Shown here in pieces: positions 31,939 through 44,000 of a stretch of 64,000 bases of DNA. Below the pieces are notes generated by a model that was not told the DNA's origin, made no database searches, and saw only the letters and a program-made list of their open reading frames with translations. The translations under genes were made by a program, and so were the position numbers. This DNA comes from Catajapyx aquilonaris (Eukaryota), in NCBI GenBank assembly GCA_000934665.2, contig KZ538502.1, positions 1-64,000 of the forward strand, read 5' to 3'. The first letter of the stretch is position 1. Each line of letters opens with the position of its first letter.

Positions 31939-34478
31939 CTAAGAAAGCATTGCTTCTACGCTGGCCATAAGAGATCGCTTTTCCTCCTCGGCGCTTTCAT
32001 CACTCAGAACCCGATGGTGCTGCTTGCTCTCAATCTCCCGAAGTCCAGGAAGACTCATTATGTACATTGCCTGTTGTTGAAAGAAAAAAAACCAGTACCG
32101 TACCAATAATACGTCACGACAATAACAGGATATGTGAATGAGGCAAAAAATACTGACCATAAAAATAATGAAAAGAGCTATAGTGACGCAGAGGTACAAG
32201 TTAGGTGTGTTCACTGTTGATGCAGACCAAGTGGGTCCCAAAATCAGAGCCAAGTAAGTCACAGCACGTCTACATCCATGTCCAAAACCTAAGAAGGAAA
32301 TTAAGAAACACACAGTTCATTTTGGCAGCAATGAAAACTTTTAAGTATACCTTGTGTTTCATTGCTGAGTCCCTTGGAAAACAGTGATATGCTTGCAGTG
32401 CCAGCAATTGGGAACCCGACAAAAAACAGTACTATACCAGCCAGAAATTGTGGCAGATAATCCAAATCATCTGAAAATCGTGATTGACATAATTACAGTG
32501 CCTGTGCTTGAATATTTTAAAATCCTCTTCAGCAGTTCATACCTGATTTGAAGTGAGGTATGTACACAATATACCATATGCACCCAAGGATCATGAGAAC
32601 GCAGCCAAACAAGACCATAAACCAGTCAGGGACATGATGCCTGCTCAGGATTGCCAGAAGTCCAAAGGATAAAAGGGACAGAATCCCTCCTCCCATGTAA
32701 ACCAGGCTGACATTGAAAGTGGTGAAGTGGAAGCTCTCTTGAGTGATCACAGGAATCACTGTCTGCAATATCAACACACTTCAGATCACCAAAACTGCAT
32801 GTTTCTAGTGGAAAAGTGGTACTCACTTCAAGTCCAATCTCACAAAAGTATAGAATGAATGGTATGACCAGCAACACTATGGTCGTATCATACATGAATT
32901 CTGGAAAAGAAGCATTTCATAAATATGAGCAAAAACTGCAAGTGGAACATTTCAAAGTTTTTAAAAATCAACATGATACAATTTGGTTGCACCAATTTCA
33001 CTGGTCTATTATCAGGTGATGGGACTTGTACTGTAGGTTGCCTATTACCCAAATGTTGCGAATCGGGTGCTTTAACTACAGGAGCTGACATGGGACTATA
33101 AGTGATGGGACTATAAAATCTTCCAACAATTTGAAATAATGAACACTCATGGATTTACCAGAGAGATACTGCCTGAATCCAGGCACAACCCGTGTTGGAA
33201 TTCGGTTTTCTGTGGGGATGTGATGCACTCCGCTAATGGTGACAGGATGTTCCTGCTGTATGCTGTAGTCTCCAACACTCAGAGAGTGAGTGAACAATGG
33301 CCTCTCTTCCTCCCAGATACCACTACTGGAACTGCTTTGGCTGAAACTCCCATATGATCCGTGCAATATGTCACGTGCCAAATCATCATTCCCTAGCTGG
33401 TTGTGATCCCCTCCATTGAGCCTTTCTTCCTGACCCAGCAGCCATTCATATTCCTGGGTCAGATCAGTCATGAAAAGGAGAACTAGCAAGGCAAAGACAG
33501 CCCACACTCCAGCCATGAAGAGTCCTGGGGCATTCAGAGGTGTGACCCGAAAGTCTCCAATGGGGAAGTGAAACACCTCTAAAAGTGCCTGGAGTGCAGG
33601 CCCCATCAGGATCCCCATTTGACGACCTGCATTCACAAATGAGAGAATGGCTGTTCTCTCTTTTTGGTCTGTCACTCTGCATATGTCTGCCAACATGGCA
33701 CCTCCTGCACCCGTACCCAACCCTGGAATATTTAAAAATGCGATTAATGCAAGAAGACACTGTAAAGTTGCATAACTACATGATTTCTGCTTATCCAGCA
33801 GGACAACATAAAATATTTGCATTATTTTTCAGCACTAACAACCACAAATAATGCATCTGCTATTACGTATTATGAACAGAGTAAATATGACAGAAGGGTG
33901 ACAGTCATCAGATGTTAAAACCATTTATCTGGAAAGTGACAATCATCAGCACTTTAAAAAATTACTCTACACCAAGTCAATAAAGTTGTTAACAAAACTA
34001 AAACAATTTGTAGTCATTAAAATGTGATAATATAAATATCCATGTTACAAAATGCATGCAATGCAATGGGGAATGAAAACACTGCATGTGAATATCAGAG
34101 GAGGCAGTTGGACCTAATGAAGGTTTGTAGGGGATGTGGAGTGGCGCTGTGGTAACTTACGCACCCACGGATGTAAGGGTTCCAGGTTCGATACCAAGCC
34201 CGGGCATTCCCCCCTTCATCTCGTGCAGAGTTGGGTCGTCTCTGGCTTTGTCTAGGGTGGGATTCCTTGAGACTAACCACCGGGGGAAGTTCACTAAATG
34301 ACCAAGCAACGACATTACACTGCACATTGCACATCCCATCCCACCCATCGCATCCGCCCCCCTCGCTCACGGTACTCTGGTGTTAAGGCTGAAGGACCAA
34401 CTTGTATCAGCTTGTACAACATAAGCTAAAATAAAGGCACTGTGCCAGATGCCCATCGTTGTGCGGTGCACTACACCC

Positions 34479-34545
<67 letters not shown>

Positions 34546-34738
34546 AATAATATTAATAATAATATTATTAATAATAATACTATAATAATAATATTACTAT
34601 AATAATAATACTATAATAATAATAATATTACTATAATAATAATAATAATATTACTATAATAATAATAATAATAATACTATAATAATAATAATATTACTAT
34701 AATAATAATAATATTACTATAATAATAATAATATTACT

Positions 34739-34769
<31 letters not shown>

Positions 34770-37342
34770 TAATAATAAAGGTTTGTAACTATTACTGAGT
34801 ATATGTGTAATTTAAATCAGAGCATCAAGATATGCATCAGTAGATGTGGTTTAAAAAAAATTCAATATTATAAAAATGGCTTCAAGTACAGTACAGCTAA
34901 AGTAGTGCCAAATAGATAATGCTAGTTGGCATAGTCATCAGCTAACATCCCTTTCCTCACAACACTGGGAAACAAAGATAAGTGGTTTTATCATGTGATA
35001 GGCCACTGGACTCTTCCCCTCATTCCAATGGAGCGCACTCACTCACCACAAAGGAATCGGCTAACAATGATATTAGTGATGCTGATCCCTGCTAAATACT
35101 GAATGTTTCCACCAATCATGAACACCATGCAGATCAATGTCAGTGTCTTGGTACTCTTCGGATAGTGGTCGTTTATCCTTCCGCCAATTATTCCAGCCAC
35201 CATTGCACTCGCACTGTAACCTGAAAATCAAAGAACATGACTGCTATTCCAGAGAAGCAGGGATGTTGGCTATAACAATAGTGCTTTTCTCATTCTTACT
35301 GGAGACTGTGAATCCAAGTATGTCTCCACTTTCTGCGCCAAGACTCTGCACATAACTCCATGCTGTAGGAAATATGACAACTGAAAATGTAAAAAAAAAG
35401 TCAGTAAGCATAAAAAGCAAAATGCAGCATAAGCAATAGAAAAATTGATGACCTCCTGCTATGCATGATATGATAATGTCACCTAGATCTAGGGCTTCAG
35501 TGCAATATATGTGCTTGTGACCTCAAGTAACAGATCTGAGTACACTTTGAGTTAACTCTACCAGTTCATGACTGGTACAAACCACCTCAGTTAGGATGTG
35601 GCTGTGACCCTCCCAGATAACCTATTACCATTAGATTACTGCTATTACGTCAAAGCTCATGTCAGCCAAGCTGTCTCCTTTCACATTGATAATAAATGTC
35701 GGCATATGCGGCTCATCTGTTGTAGGAACTCCCAAAAATGCAGACCATGTAGCCCTCATTTTATGGAAGGGTTAGTTTCCAGCAAAACATCGTTGTAAAG
35801 AGAAACATCATAAAATGAGACCAAATTATAATACCAGTGAATGAGATAGGTTCCAAAATTTTCCAAATTTTCCCATGTGCCATAATAATATTGCTCCTTT
35901 TTACTGACAGTATTTGCGACTTTTAATGCACTTATAATGAAGGGTTCCACATTGGAGGTCATCAGGTTCAGAGGGTTCCTTTCCCTTCTTTGTCAAGAAC
36001 TGCAGGACATTTAGATGCAGTGTTTTGTAACAATGGCTCCAGGACTTCAGGGAGTGCAGACAGGGTGCAGAGACTAATAAGACAGTACCATATAATTATG
36101 TCTCTGAACACTGCCACAATTAATGCACCACTAAAAAGAAAAAAAAGCGTCTATTGCATGTTTATCTTTATAATAGTACTCACAAACATTGTGACAGTGA
36201 CATGTTACTGTTTTGAATATTTTGATATTTCTGCTTTTTTTGCCCATTTGAAAAATATTTTCCTTGTCTAAAGGCCCTTTGGAAATTGTCATTAATGTGA
36301 AACGCCAAAAAAACTGCCATAAAATGGGGTCTTCCTGTATTGTGCGTGCTGATATGAAAAAATTAGACAAATGCTGTCTGTTAAAGGTTGAAACTCAGGA
36401 AAATTGTGTGCCTACAGGTTTTTTGCTGTCAAAAAATTGCATCATCACTTTAACATATTGCATCATTATGCACTGAAACTTGAGATTAATTATACAGCTT
36501 ATAGTATTCAGATACTGATATCAGACCTTGACTTAGAATGACATCTGAAATCATCCAAGTATTTTAAAAACATGATTGGATTTCATACACTAACTGTAAC
36601 TCTGTAAGTGATTGTAACAAACATCACAAGAGATATTTATTAAAGTGAGAAGTTAATTCATTTGCCATGTTGGGCATCCAAAATCAGAAAATATCAATGA
36701 TTCCATATACTGTAAACCATTGGGTTTGGTAACAAGCATCACATAAGCATAAAATTTTCAGTCAAAAATGGTTGTATTTAAAAGCCAGCAGCAAGTCTTA
36801 GCAAAGAGGTGAAAAGCCACAAGGAAAAATATGATGGCAATCATTTAGCCCTTCTCTGATAAGTTCCTGAGAACTGCAGTAGGTGTAGCGGCAACACAGT
36901 ACTACCATATTTTCTACCACATTCAATCAAGCATGTTACAACCAAAATCTGGTGGTATTTGCTCATGCCATGAATTTGCAAAAAAAATAATATTCGGAAT
37001 CAGTGTTTTAAAAAATATTTGCCAAAATACCAAACCCTTCGTTTCAGAGAGAGAAATTCTTATTAGTCTTTTCTCTCTCATCCTCCGCATTAGATCACCA
37101 ATCTCCATAATACATCAGCTGTCATATTTTAGAAGATCACAATACTTTTTAAAGTATAAAAGAAACACTTTCAAATTATTTTAAGTGCTTTATTACCAAA
37201 TATTATTGTTAAACTAACCATATTCAAGTCCTCCAGTGAGCAAGTAGAGGGCAACAAGGAATAGCAAGATCCTCCTCCTGCACCAGAAGGCCTTCTTCCT
37301 CGCCCGAAAGGCCTCCCTCACTGGATCCATGTCCCTCCGCAT
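31939..37342 (-). CDS. MFSD8: MFS transporter, MFSD8/CLN7-like
   Basis: First coding exon from ATG 37342 (MRRDMDPV...LLTGGLEY), joined to VIFPTAWSYVQSLG, GNIQY...IIVSRFLCGLGTG, ERTAILS and GILMGPA, followed by TM exons to TAG at 31939. Subfamily assignment is by motif recall. Confidence 0.75.
34137..34478 (+). mobile_element. tRNA-derived SINE with (TAT)n tail, in MFS gene intron
   Basis: A-box-like TGGCGCTGTGG (34142) and B-box GGTTCGATACC (34185), then a GC-rich body ending directly in (TAT)n. Confidence 0.65.
34479..34779. repeat. Compound AT microsatellite: (TTA)n switching to (TAA)n with ~20-nt higher-order units
   Basis: TTA repeats run from 34479 to ~34542, followed by AAT repeats interrupted by recurring tattactataataataataa units. 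Confidence 0.95.
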
Positions 37343-37671
37343 TGCACTGAAGACTGGGACGTGTGTGGGACTCACACCCCCTCAAATCATGCCAGCACAC
37401 CCATCTGGGACGGCTCAAACATACCCAACCTGGCTTTCTTAGCTCTTGAACTAAACCCTGCAAAACTACACCATGGTATATCCTACTTAAGGCCACTAGT
37501 CAGATGACCTTTCTTAATCCTCAAATTGGCTGACCTTATGATAATGCATGGAAGTATCAGACACATATCAGGAGCTGCTTTTCTCAAGTTTATATCTGGC
37601 ACTCACCCCTCTCCACAAGCACCTACTGTGACGTTGGACAACTGAACCATAAAAACTGAGATTTTAATGTA

Positions 37672-37979
37672 CAGGGTGATCCATTTGGGTAGGGATCATT
37701 TGAAAAGTGTATTTATTTGTGATGGGATTTGTGAAGAATATTGTCAATGGACAACGACCTCAAAGCCTAGATGACCTGAACATGAAAATGTCTGCACCAT
37801 TCGCACAGATCACTCCGGAAATGTTACAAAACACGTGGCAGGAATTGAGCACCCGGTATCAACTCTGCCAAGTCCGCAAAGGGGGTCATGTGGGGACCTA
37901 GTCAAACTCCCATTTATAAAGATAATCGGTGCCAAATTAGGATCTATTATATCTGTTACAATACGTACAATCCACCCTG
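37672..37979 (+). mobile_element. Internally deleted Tc1/mariner element
   Basis: ta|CAGGGTG ... CACCCTG|ta termini with a TA duplication. The residual ORF at 37707-37901 resembles a transposase C-terminus (FVMGFVKNIV...PQSLDDL...ITPEML...C...GGHV). Confidence 0.8.
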
Positions 37980-38035
37980 TATTCTTACTATAAGTAGAAG
38001 TTCAAGGAGCGTTAAGATGAACAGATAAAATGGAT

Positions 38036-41000
38036 TTATTTTTTGCGATGTGACTTCAGAAGAGCTTCATTAAATTCCCCAACGCCATGAAAGACCAGCT
38101 CATAAGCAAGTACGTCCACCTCTTCAAGGAAGTATACCTCAACTGTTTCAACTTCTTTCCTGTGTTAAAAAATAAAGCAACAAATGAGAATGAACTTCCT
38201 GAATGTCAATAATAATAACTTATATTATGCTGGCTAGGATGTTACTTTACTCTGGAAAATGCATGGACTGTCATTAATATGCTTGTAAGTTACAGTATCA
38301 TGCATACACATCTATACAGATGCTTGTTAAGCTATAGCATAGGGGATCCTGAACAAATTTCAATGTTCCAGTTCTAAAATGCAATGCACTTATATCTACT
38401 TATACACTCTTCAGTAACATTGACTGGTGAAGCACCCACTATCTAAGCAACATATTCGCAACGCAGAAGCAGATCTGTGGATGGCAAGAACAGGATGTGC
38501 CTCTTATCTGTCATTTCTCTTAATTTTTGTAATCCATTATACATTGTACTTTAGTGTAGCTCTAATGTCTATAGAGTTCTTTTTCAGGTAGCCTCCTCAG
38601 TCAATGCTAAAATTTAGTACAGTAATACATACTGAGGAGCAAAAGTGATGGTGATGTCGATGTGACCGAGTGCTGGTACAGTAATTTCTTCCCCTAGCGT
38701 AGGTGTAATAGTGAATGGACTCAAAGCAACACATTCCACATCATATGGGTGAAGCTTGATAAGCACTTTCTCATCTACATTTGGAATTTCAAAAGAGCAT
38801 GGGATTAAATAAATGCAATTGTTATTTTTTTGTCAAAAACAATCTTGTAAAAAATTAGGTGCAGCCAACCTGTAAGGTTGAAGACCTTCAGTGTCTTTGT
38901 CCTCTTGCGGTTGACTTTAACAGACCCTATATCCTTTCCAAACTGGGGTATGTACAGGCGGGACAAGGTTATGTATGCGGATAGAAGTGCCAGCTGTAAG
39001 GAGGATTGAGAAAATTATCGCACTTGTTTACCACTTATGCTAAAAATAAGCGTAGAGAGTGAAGTTTCACTGATTGGAGAAGGTCAGTCCCTGGCAAGGA
39101 ACTGCAGAGTCACATGGAATCAACTGCAAGCACAGCATAAGTTTTTTTTTCCACTCATATGTGCAGCAATGCAGAAAGACAACCAAATTGGTCACTACGG
39201 AGACTGCAGCCAATGGTTTCATACCTTTTAAAATCTTTTATTGAATAAAAAAATTCACCAAATAAATCATATTGGTACAAATTGCACAATAGGAATATAA
39301 ATTAGTGGAATCATCTCTACTGGAATCTCCAAGGGACCAGAAAGAAACTTCAACTTATGGAAAACTCAATTAAATAAGTTTAAAAATCAGAGTTTAATGA
39401 TATACATGGACATTTACATTTATTTCTACACTGTCCAATAAACAAAAACCCATAATGATCCTTCACATCATTTTGGGGAAACGAAGCTTGTGATAAAGCC
39501 CTAGCGAAGATTTTTCACTCTGAATAGATGATTTTCTAGTCACTAGTGCTGCAAAAATGTCATTTGAACCTGTTCATTTATAATCCAATTGGCTTAGTCA
39601 ATAGCATTTACTGAGTGGCCTCTGCTCGACATGAGCTGCAGCTTCTAAAACCAGTAACAAAGAGCAATTAATTATTATCAGCTTAATTTCCCTCAAAATC
39701 TCACCTGCAGAGCTCCTCTAGAGTATTTGACCTGCAACACACACTCAAACTCAGCCTCCACACGGCCTGCAAATTCTGGCACTGGTACCAGTCGGCAGCC
39801 AATGGGCTTCACTTTTCGGTAGTAAGCAGCCGTGAGTGCTGCATGCAGTTGCTTGTGCCCAAAGGTCACTTGCACTTCCAGTTCAGCTGCCGATTTGGCT
39901 GGGAGGTGAAAAATCCAAGGAGGGTTCATGCTGCAAATTTTTGTGCAAATTTAGGATCAGTGCAACAATTAACCAAAACAATGTTAATGACTGATTACAT
40001 TTTTGTCCCTCGAGTGTAAATCCCAACTATGGAGTAGGGTTTCCGAATGTCCAAAATGGCATCCACTGCAATAGTGCTTCTGTTCACCAGCTTCAGTCGG
40101 CCATGCTTCTTAATTTCCCGGTTGAAAATTATGGCATCTTGCAGATCATGGTCTAAGACCTTTGGGAACAGTTGCAGAAGTCTTAGAGTAGTTACAACCA
40201 ACAAGTTTTAAATGCCAGTATATGTCCACATTACATACTGAAGACACTCGACCAATCGAGTTAAATCAGAGTTGTTACTATTGCTGATGTGCAAGTGTTA
40301 CAATCTTATAAAATTTTGGTGCTGCAACTGCATTGTTATTATTGACATTCCCCCAAAAAACACTACCAAGATAGCCTATATTGCAGCAGTCCTACATGAA
40401 GATCCTTCAAAACTAGTCACTGATGTAGGAGTCCTTTGTTCATATTAAATTTTGAAGAATCTGTGATAACATCTTCAGTTATCTTTTTTAAAGTCCAAAA
40501 ATTCATGCACATGTAAGTTGAGTATTTATCTGGAACTAATGTTAAGTGGAGGATTCAAGAATCATTATAAGGGCTGTGTTACAACAGTGGCAATATCTAC
40601 TCCAACTTGAAGCATTGAATCAATAATTACATGTAATTTGTTCATTAAGTCATTATGTGCATGTAGAAACTATAAAATTATGTAAACAATTCTAGGATAT
40701 AAATAAATGATAAGTCCTGTTGAATGTACCAATACCAACCTTGATGGGATCAGTCAAGTTCTGAATCTGCAGGGTAGGAAATCCCACAGCAGCAGTGGCC
40801 TCAACAACGAATGGATTTATCTCCCACTCATGGGGACAATCCTGTGCCTTAAACATCCGTGACAAACCTGGCGCACGGGGATGCTTCACACCCTTTCGGG
40901 GAGAATTTGGGGGCACAGGAGGCATCTCTTCCATTGACATAAACGATGGTGTTGACAGCCTGAACACAAAATTAATCCAACAATAATTACTAATACCACC

Positions 41001-44000
41001 ATGATGTGGCACTCTCAAAAATGCATAAAAGCACAAAGAAGTGCAATATTTACAAGAAGGTCTCTCTTCCAGGTGTGATCATATATGCCCAGGTCAGGAG
41101 GTTGACAGTTTTTAATTCTGGAACTGTCCCTGGATTCAACATACTGATACCATCCATATCACATCGTTGATCCTCAGCCACTTCAACAGGCTCCTCATCT
41201 GGCTTCTGCACAGCTTCCCAGGCAAACATTGGTTGGAAAATAATGTTAACCCAGGCAAAACTTTTCGCAGGTATGGAGAGTAACTTGGGCTCAAATGAGA
41301 TTGGCAACTTGTAATGAACAGAATCCTCCTCCAGAGGAAGAGCCTTTCTGCGGTCATCCACTTTAAAATCCCCTTCCATAGTGGGCTCCCCTTCCACACC
41401 AAGGTCTATCAGGGTCTGCCAATTTAAGACGAAGGGAACAGGACTTGCATTGTAAATTTTGGCACGACGGATTAGAGGCTCTTTCACATTGCCTGCATGA
41501 TGCCCTATCCTGCAGGGAGAAGGAAAATGATGAGGGCTCGCACTGAATTACCTGCAAAACGGGTCTTGTAATATTGTTAACCTGTAGTGTCAACAAATTA
41601 TTTTGCCATGTAGGATGTTGCCAACTTATATACTGTCACTAGCAAAAAGGAGGATAACTGTATAAAAAGTACTTATATAAAAAGTCTTTTGTTGCTACCA
41701 TGGGTATGAAGTGCTTCAATGTGCATGAGTATTTCACACACCTCTCATTGAGAGTGTGCGCAGCATAAGGTGATCTAAGTGGGTTGTTATCAAGCGGTAA
41801 ATCACTCGTCAAGTCTGTTGTACGGTATAAGGCGCCAAGTCTGACAAGTCCAGGCTCAAGTCCGGCTTTTTACCAGTCCTTTGTACGCTTAACTGCCAAG
41901 TGACTTACCCCTTGGTTGTTATATTATTATTTCGGGGATAACATTTGTAACTATATTATGTCCTCCCAACCCTGTGCTCATGACTGTAGGGCTTATGTAG
42001 AGGCAACATTACAAAGGGTAAAGGTCCATTCACATAGTCACATCTTTTTCCCAAGCAAGCAGGTCCTTTTAAATTGCAATTTAATAATTACCCACCTTGC
42101 ACTGCTTGATTGGGAAATATAATTGGTGGTGTGCATGGGCCATGAGCTTTGCATTCCCAGTCACAAAAAAATAATTGTGTTAGTATGAAGCATGAACATT
42201 GCACTTGCCTAATAATGTTTGGTGGGGGTTCAGGCACCAGATAGAATTTAAGTGGGCATCCCTCAACATGGACCCGAAGGGGAATGATCAAGGGTCTACG
42301 ACTCATTGCAAACGTGATAATCATGTTATCCTCATAGGTACCCCACATGTCTGAGTGAACAGTAATGTCCACCACCATGCTCCCGTTTTCTTCCAGGACA
42401 CCCTCCTTTGGACTGAACACAAAAGCCAGGCCTTTCCCGTGGGACAGGTACTGTTCCTGCTTGTCTCCTGCGTAAGGTAAAAGGGTTAAATTTTCACATT
42501 GTTGTCGCTCTGTATATATTACAAATAAGTAAGAAAACCTTAGTATTAGTTTTCATTAATAGCCATGACAGTGGCTGTATGTAATATTATAATGTACAGT
42601 GTGTTTATGATGATACTGGTAAAAACGCAAACTATGTTCTGTTGACAGCAGATGTAAATACATATAATAACTGATGCCCATTTACCTTCCTTCTTCTGTT
42701 TTATAAGCTGGTCCAAACGATTTTCAAGATTTTCCTGAGGATCAAAATTGGACGCTGGAAAGTGTTTTGCTTCAACTGAGTACATTGTTGTGATAGGAGT
42801 CTCATTCCAAACTTGAAGCCTCCTTGTTACAGCTTGAAAAAAAATATGATAACATTACAGAATACATTTATAACATCTAATACTAGTTGTCATGAATTCC
42901 ACTCTTAGAGGCAAGCTGTTTCACAAAATGTCATTGGCATTAATTTGGGCACGCACTCAAAAATCCATCATTGGGGTATAATGAACACACATCCTTTAAA
43001 GGTGATTCCATGCAGACTAAATTTTTATGCACAGTCTTCCCTGGAAATTGTCCTTTTATCCAGTAAGTGGCTTTGCCATCTGGCTGGAGAAATTACTTAC
43101 CTTTTCCCAAGGGGACACATTCAAAATCAACAAATGCAGGTTCTTCCTGTTCCTGTGGCGCTGTCTCTTGGTCTTGCACTTCTTCATCTTCACAAAACAA
43201 GAAGTCAGACAAAGATTCTTGTGATGAAGTTACGCTAGGAGGGTTGTAGTCGAAGTAGGTGGGGCTGCTTGGGAACTTGCTTGGGCACACACTGAAGTAG
43301 GAGCACTCTGATTCTGTGCAGTAAACCAAGGCACACAATGGGACATGTAGAGGTACGTAAGATTCATGATAATTATATTGTAGAACTAAACCTTGATCTG
43401 TATGGGAATTTATTTCAGGCACCTGCTGCATAATATGATATGTACACCCACGAGCATAAAGATGGAGACGGCAGGCCCTCACCTTCGGCAGGCTGCTCTG
43501 CCAATTGCAGCTATTACGGTATCAAATATACTGTCATAAATACACGAACACATGCCTGATGCAGCTAACTCGGTCCAAAAAGAGTTCATTAATTTGAGTC
43601 GGATAAAGCAAGGTCAAAAAAGGGCCTGACGTCTCCATCTTTATGCTCGCGGGGGTACATTATATACATGGAAATACAAATTAGATCCCCTGGAATCTGG
43701 CCATACCGTAGGTATGTATTTTGCAGTCTGCTGTAACTTGTAATAATTATTGTTAAAATGAGATAACTTGCACTCACCAAGAGAGCTGTGTGACCCTCCT
43801 GATTTCAGAGTATCCTTTCTAGGCGTAGGTTTGGTACTCAGCTTTTGCTTTCCTCCACTACTGGGACCCTTCTCTTTGGAAACAATCATTTTCTTGCTAG
43901 ATGCTGCGTCTTTCAAGGGCTTCACACTTGGTGTTGGTACGATGGGTTCAGATGGGCCTGGTGGCAATTCTGGTACAGAAATATTGACCTCTGACTTGAA

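Noticed and set aside
41780..41900. Possible degenerate SINE head in a DLEC1 intron
   Set aside because: The A and B boxes are too degenerate to support a call.
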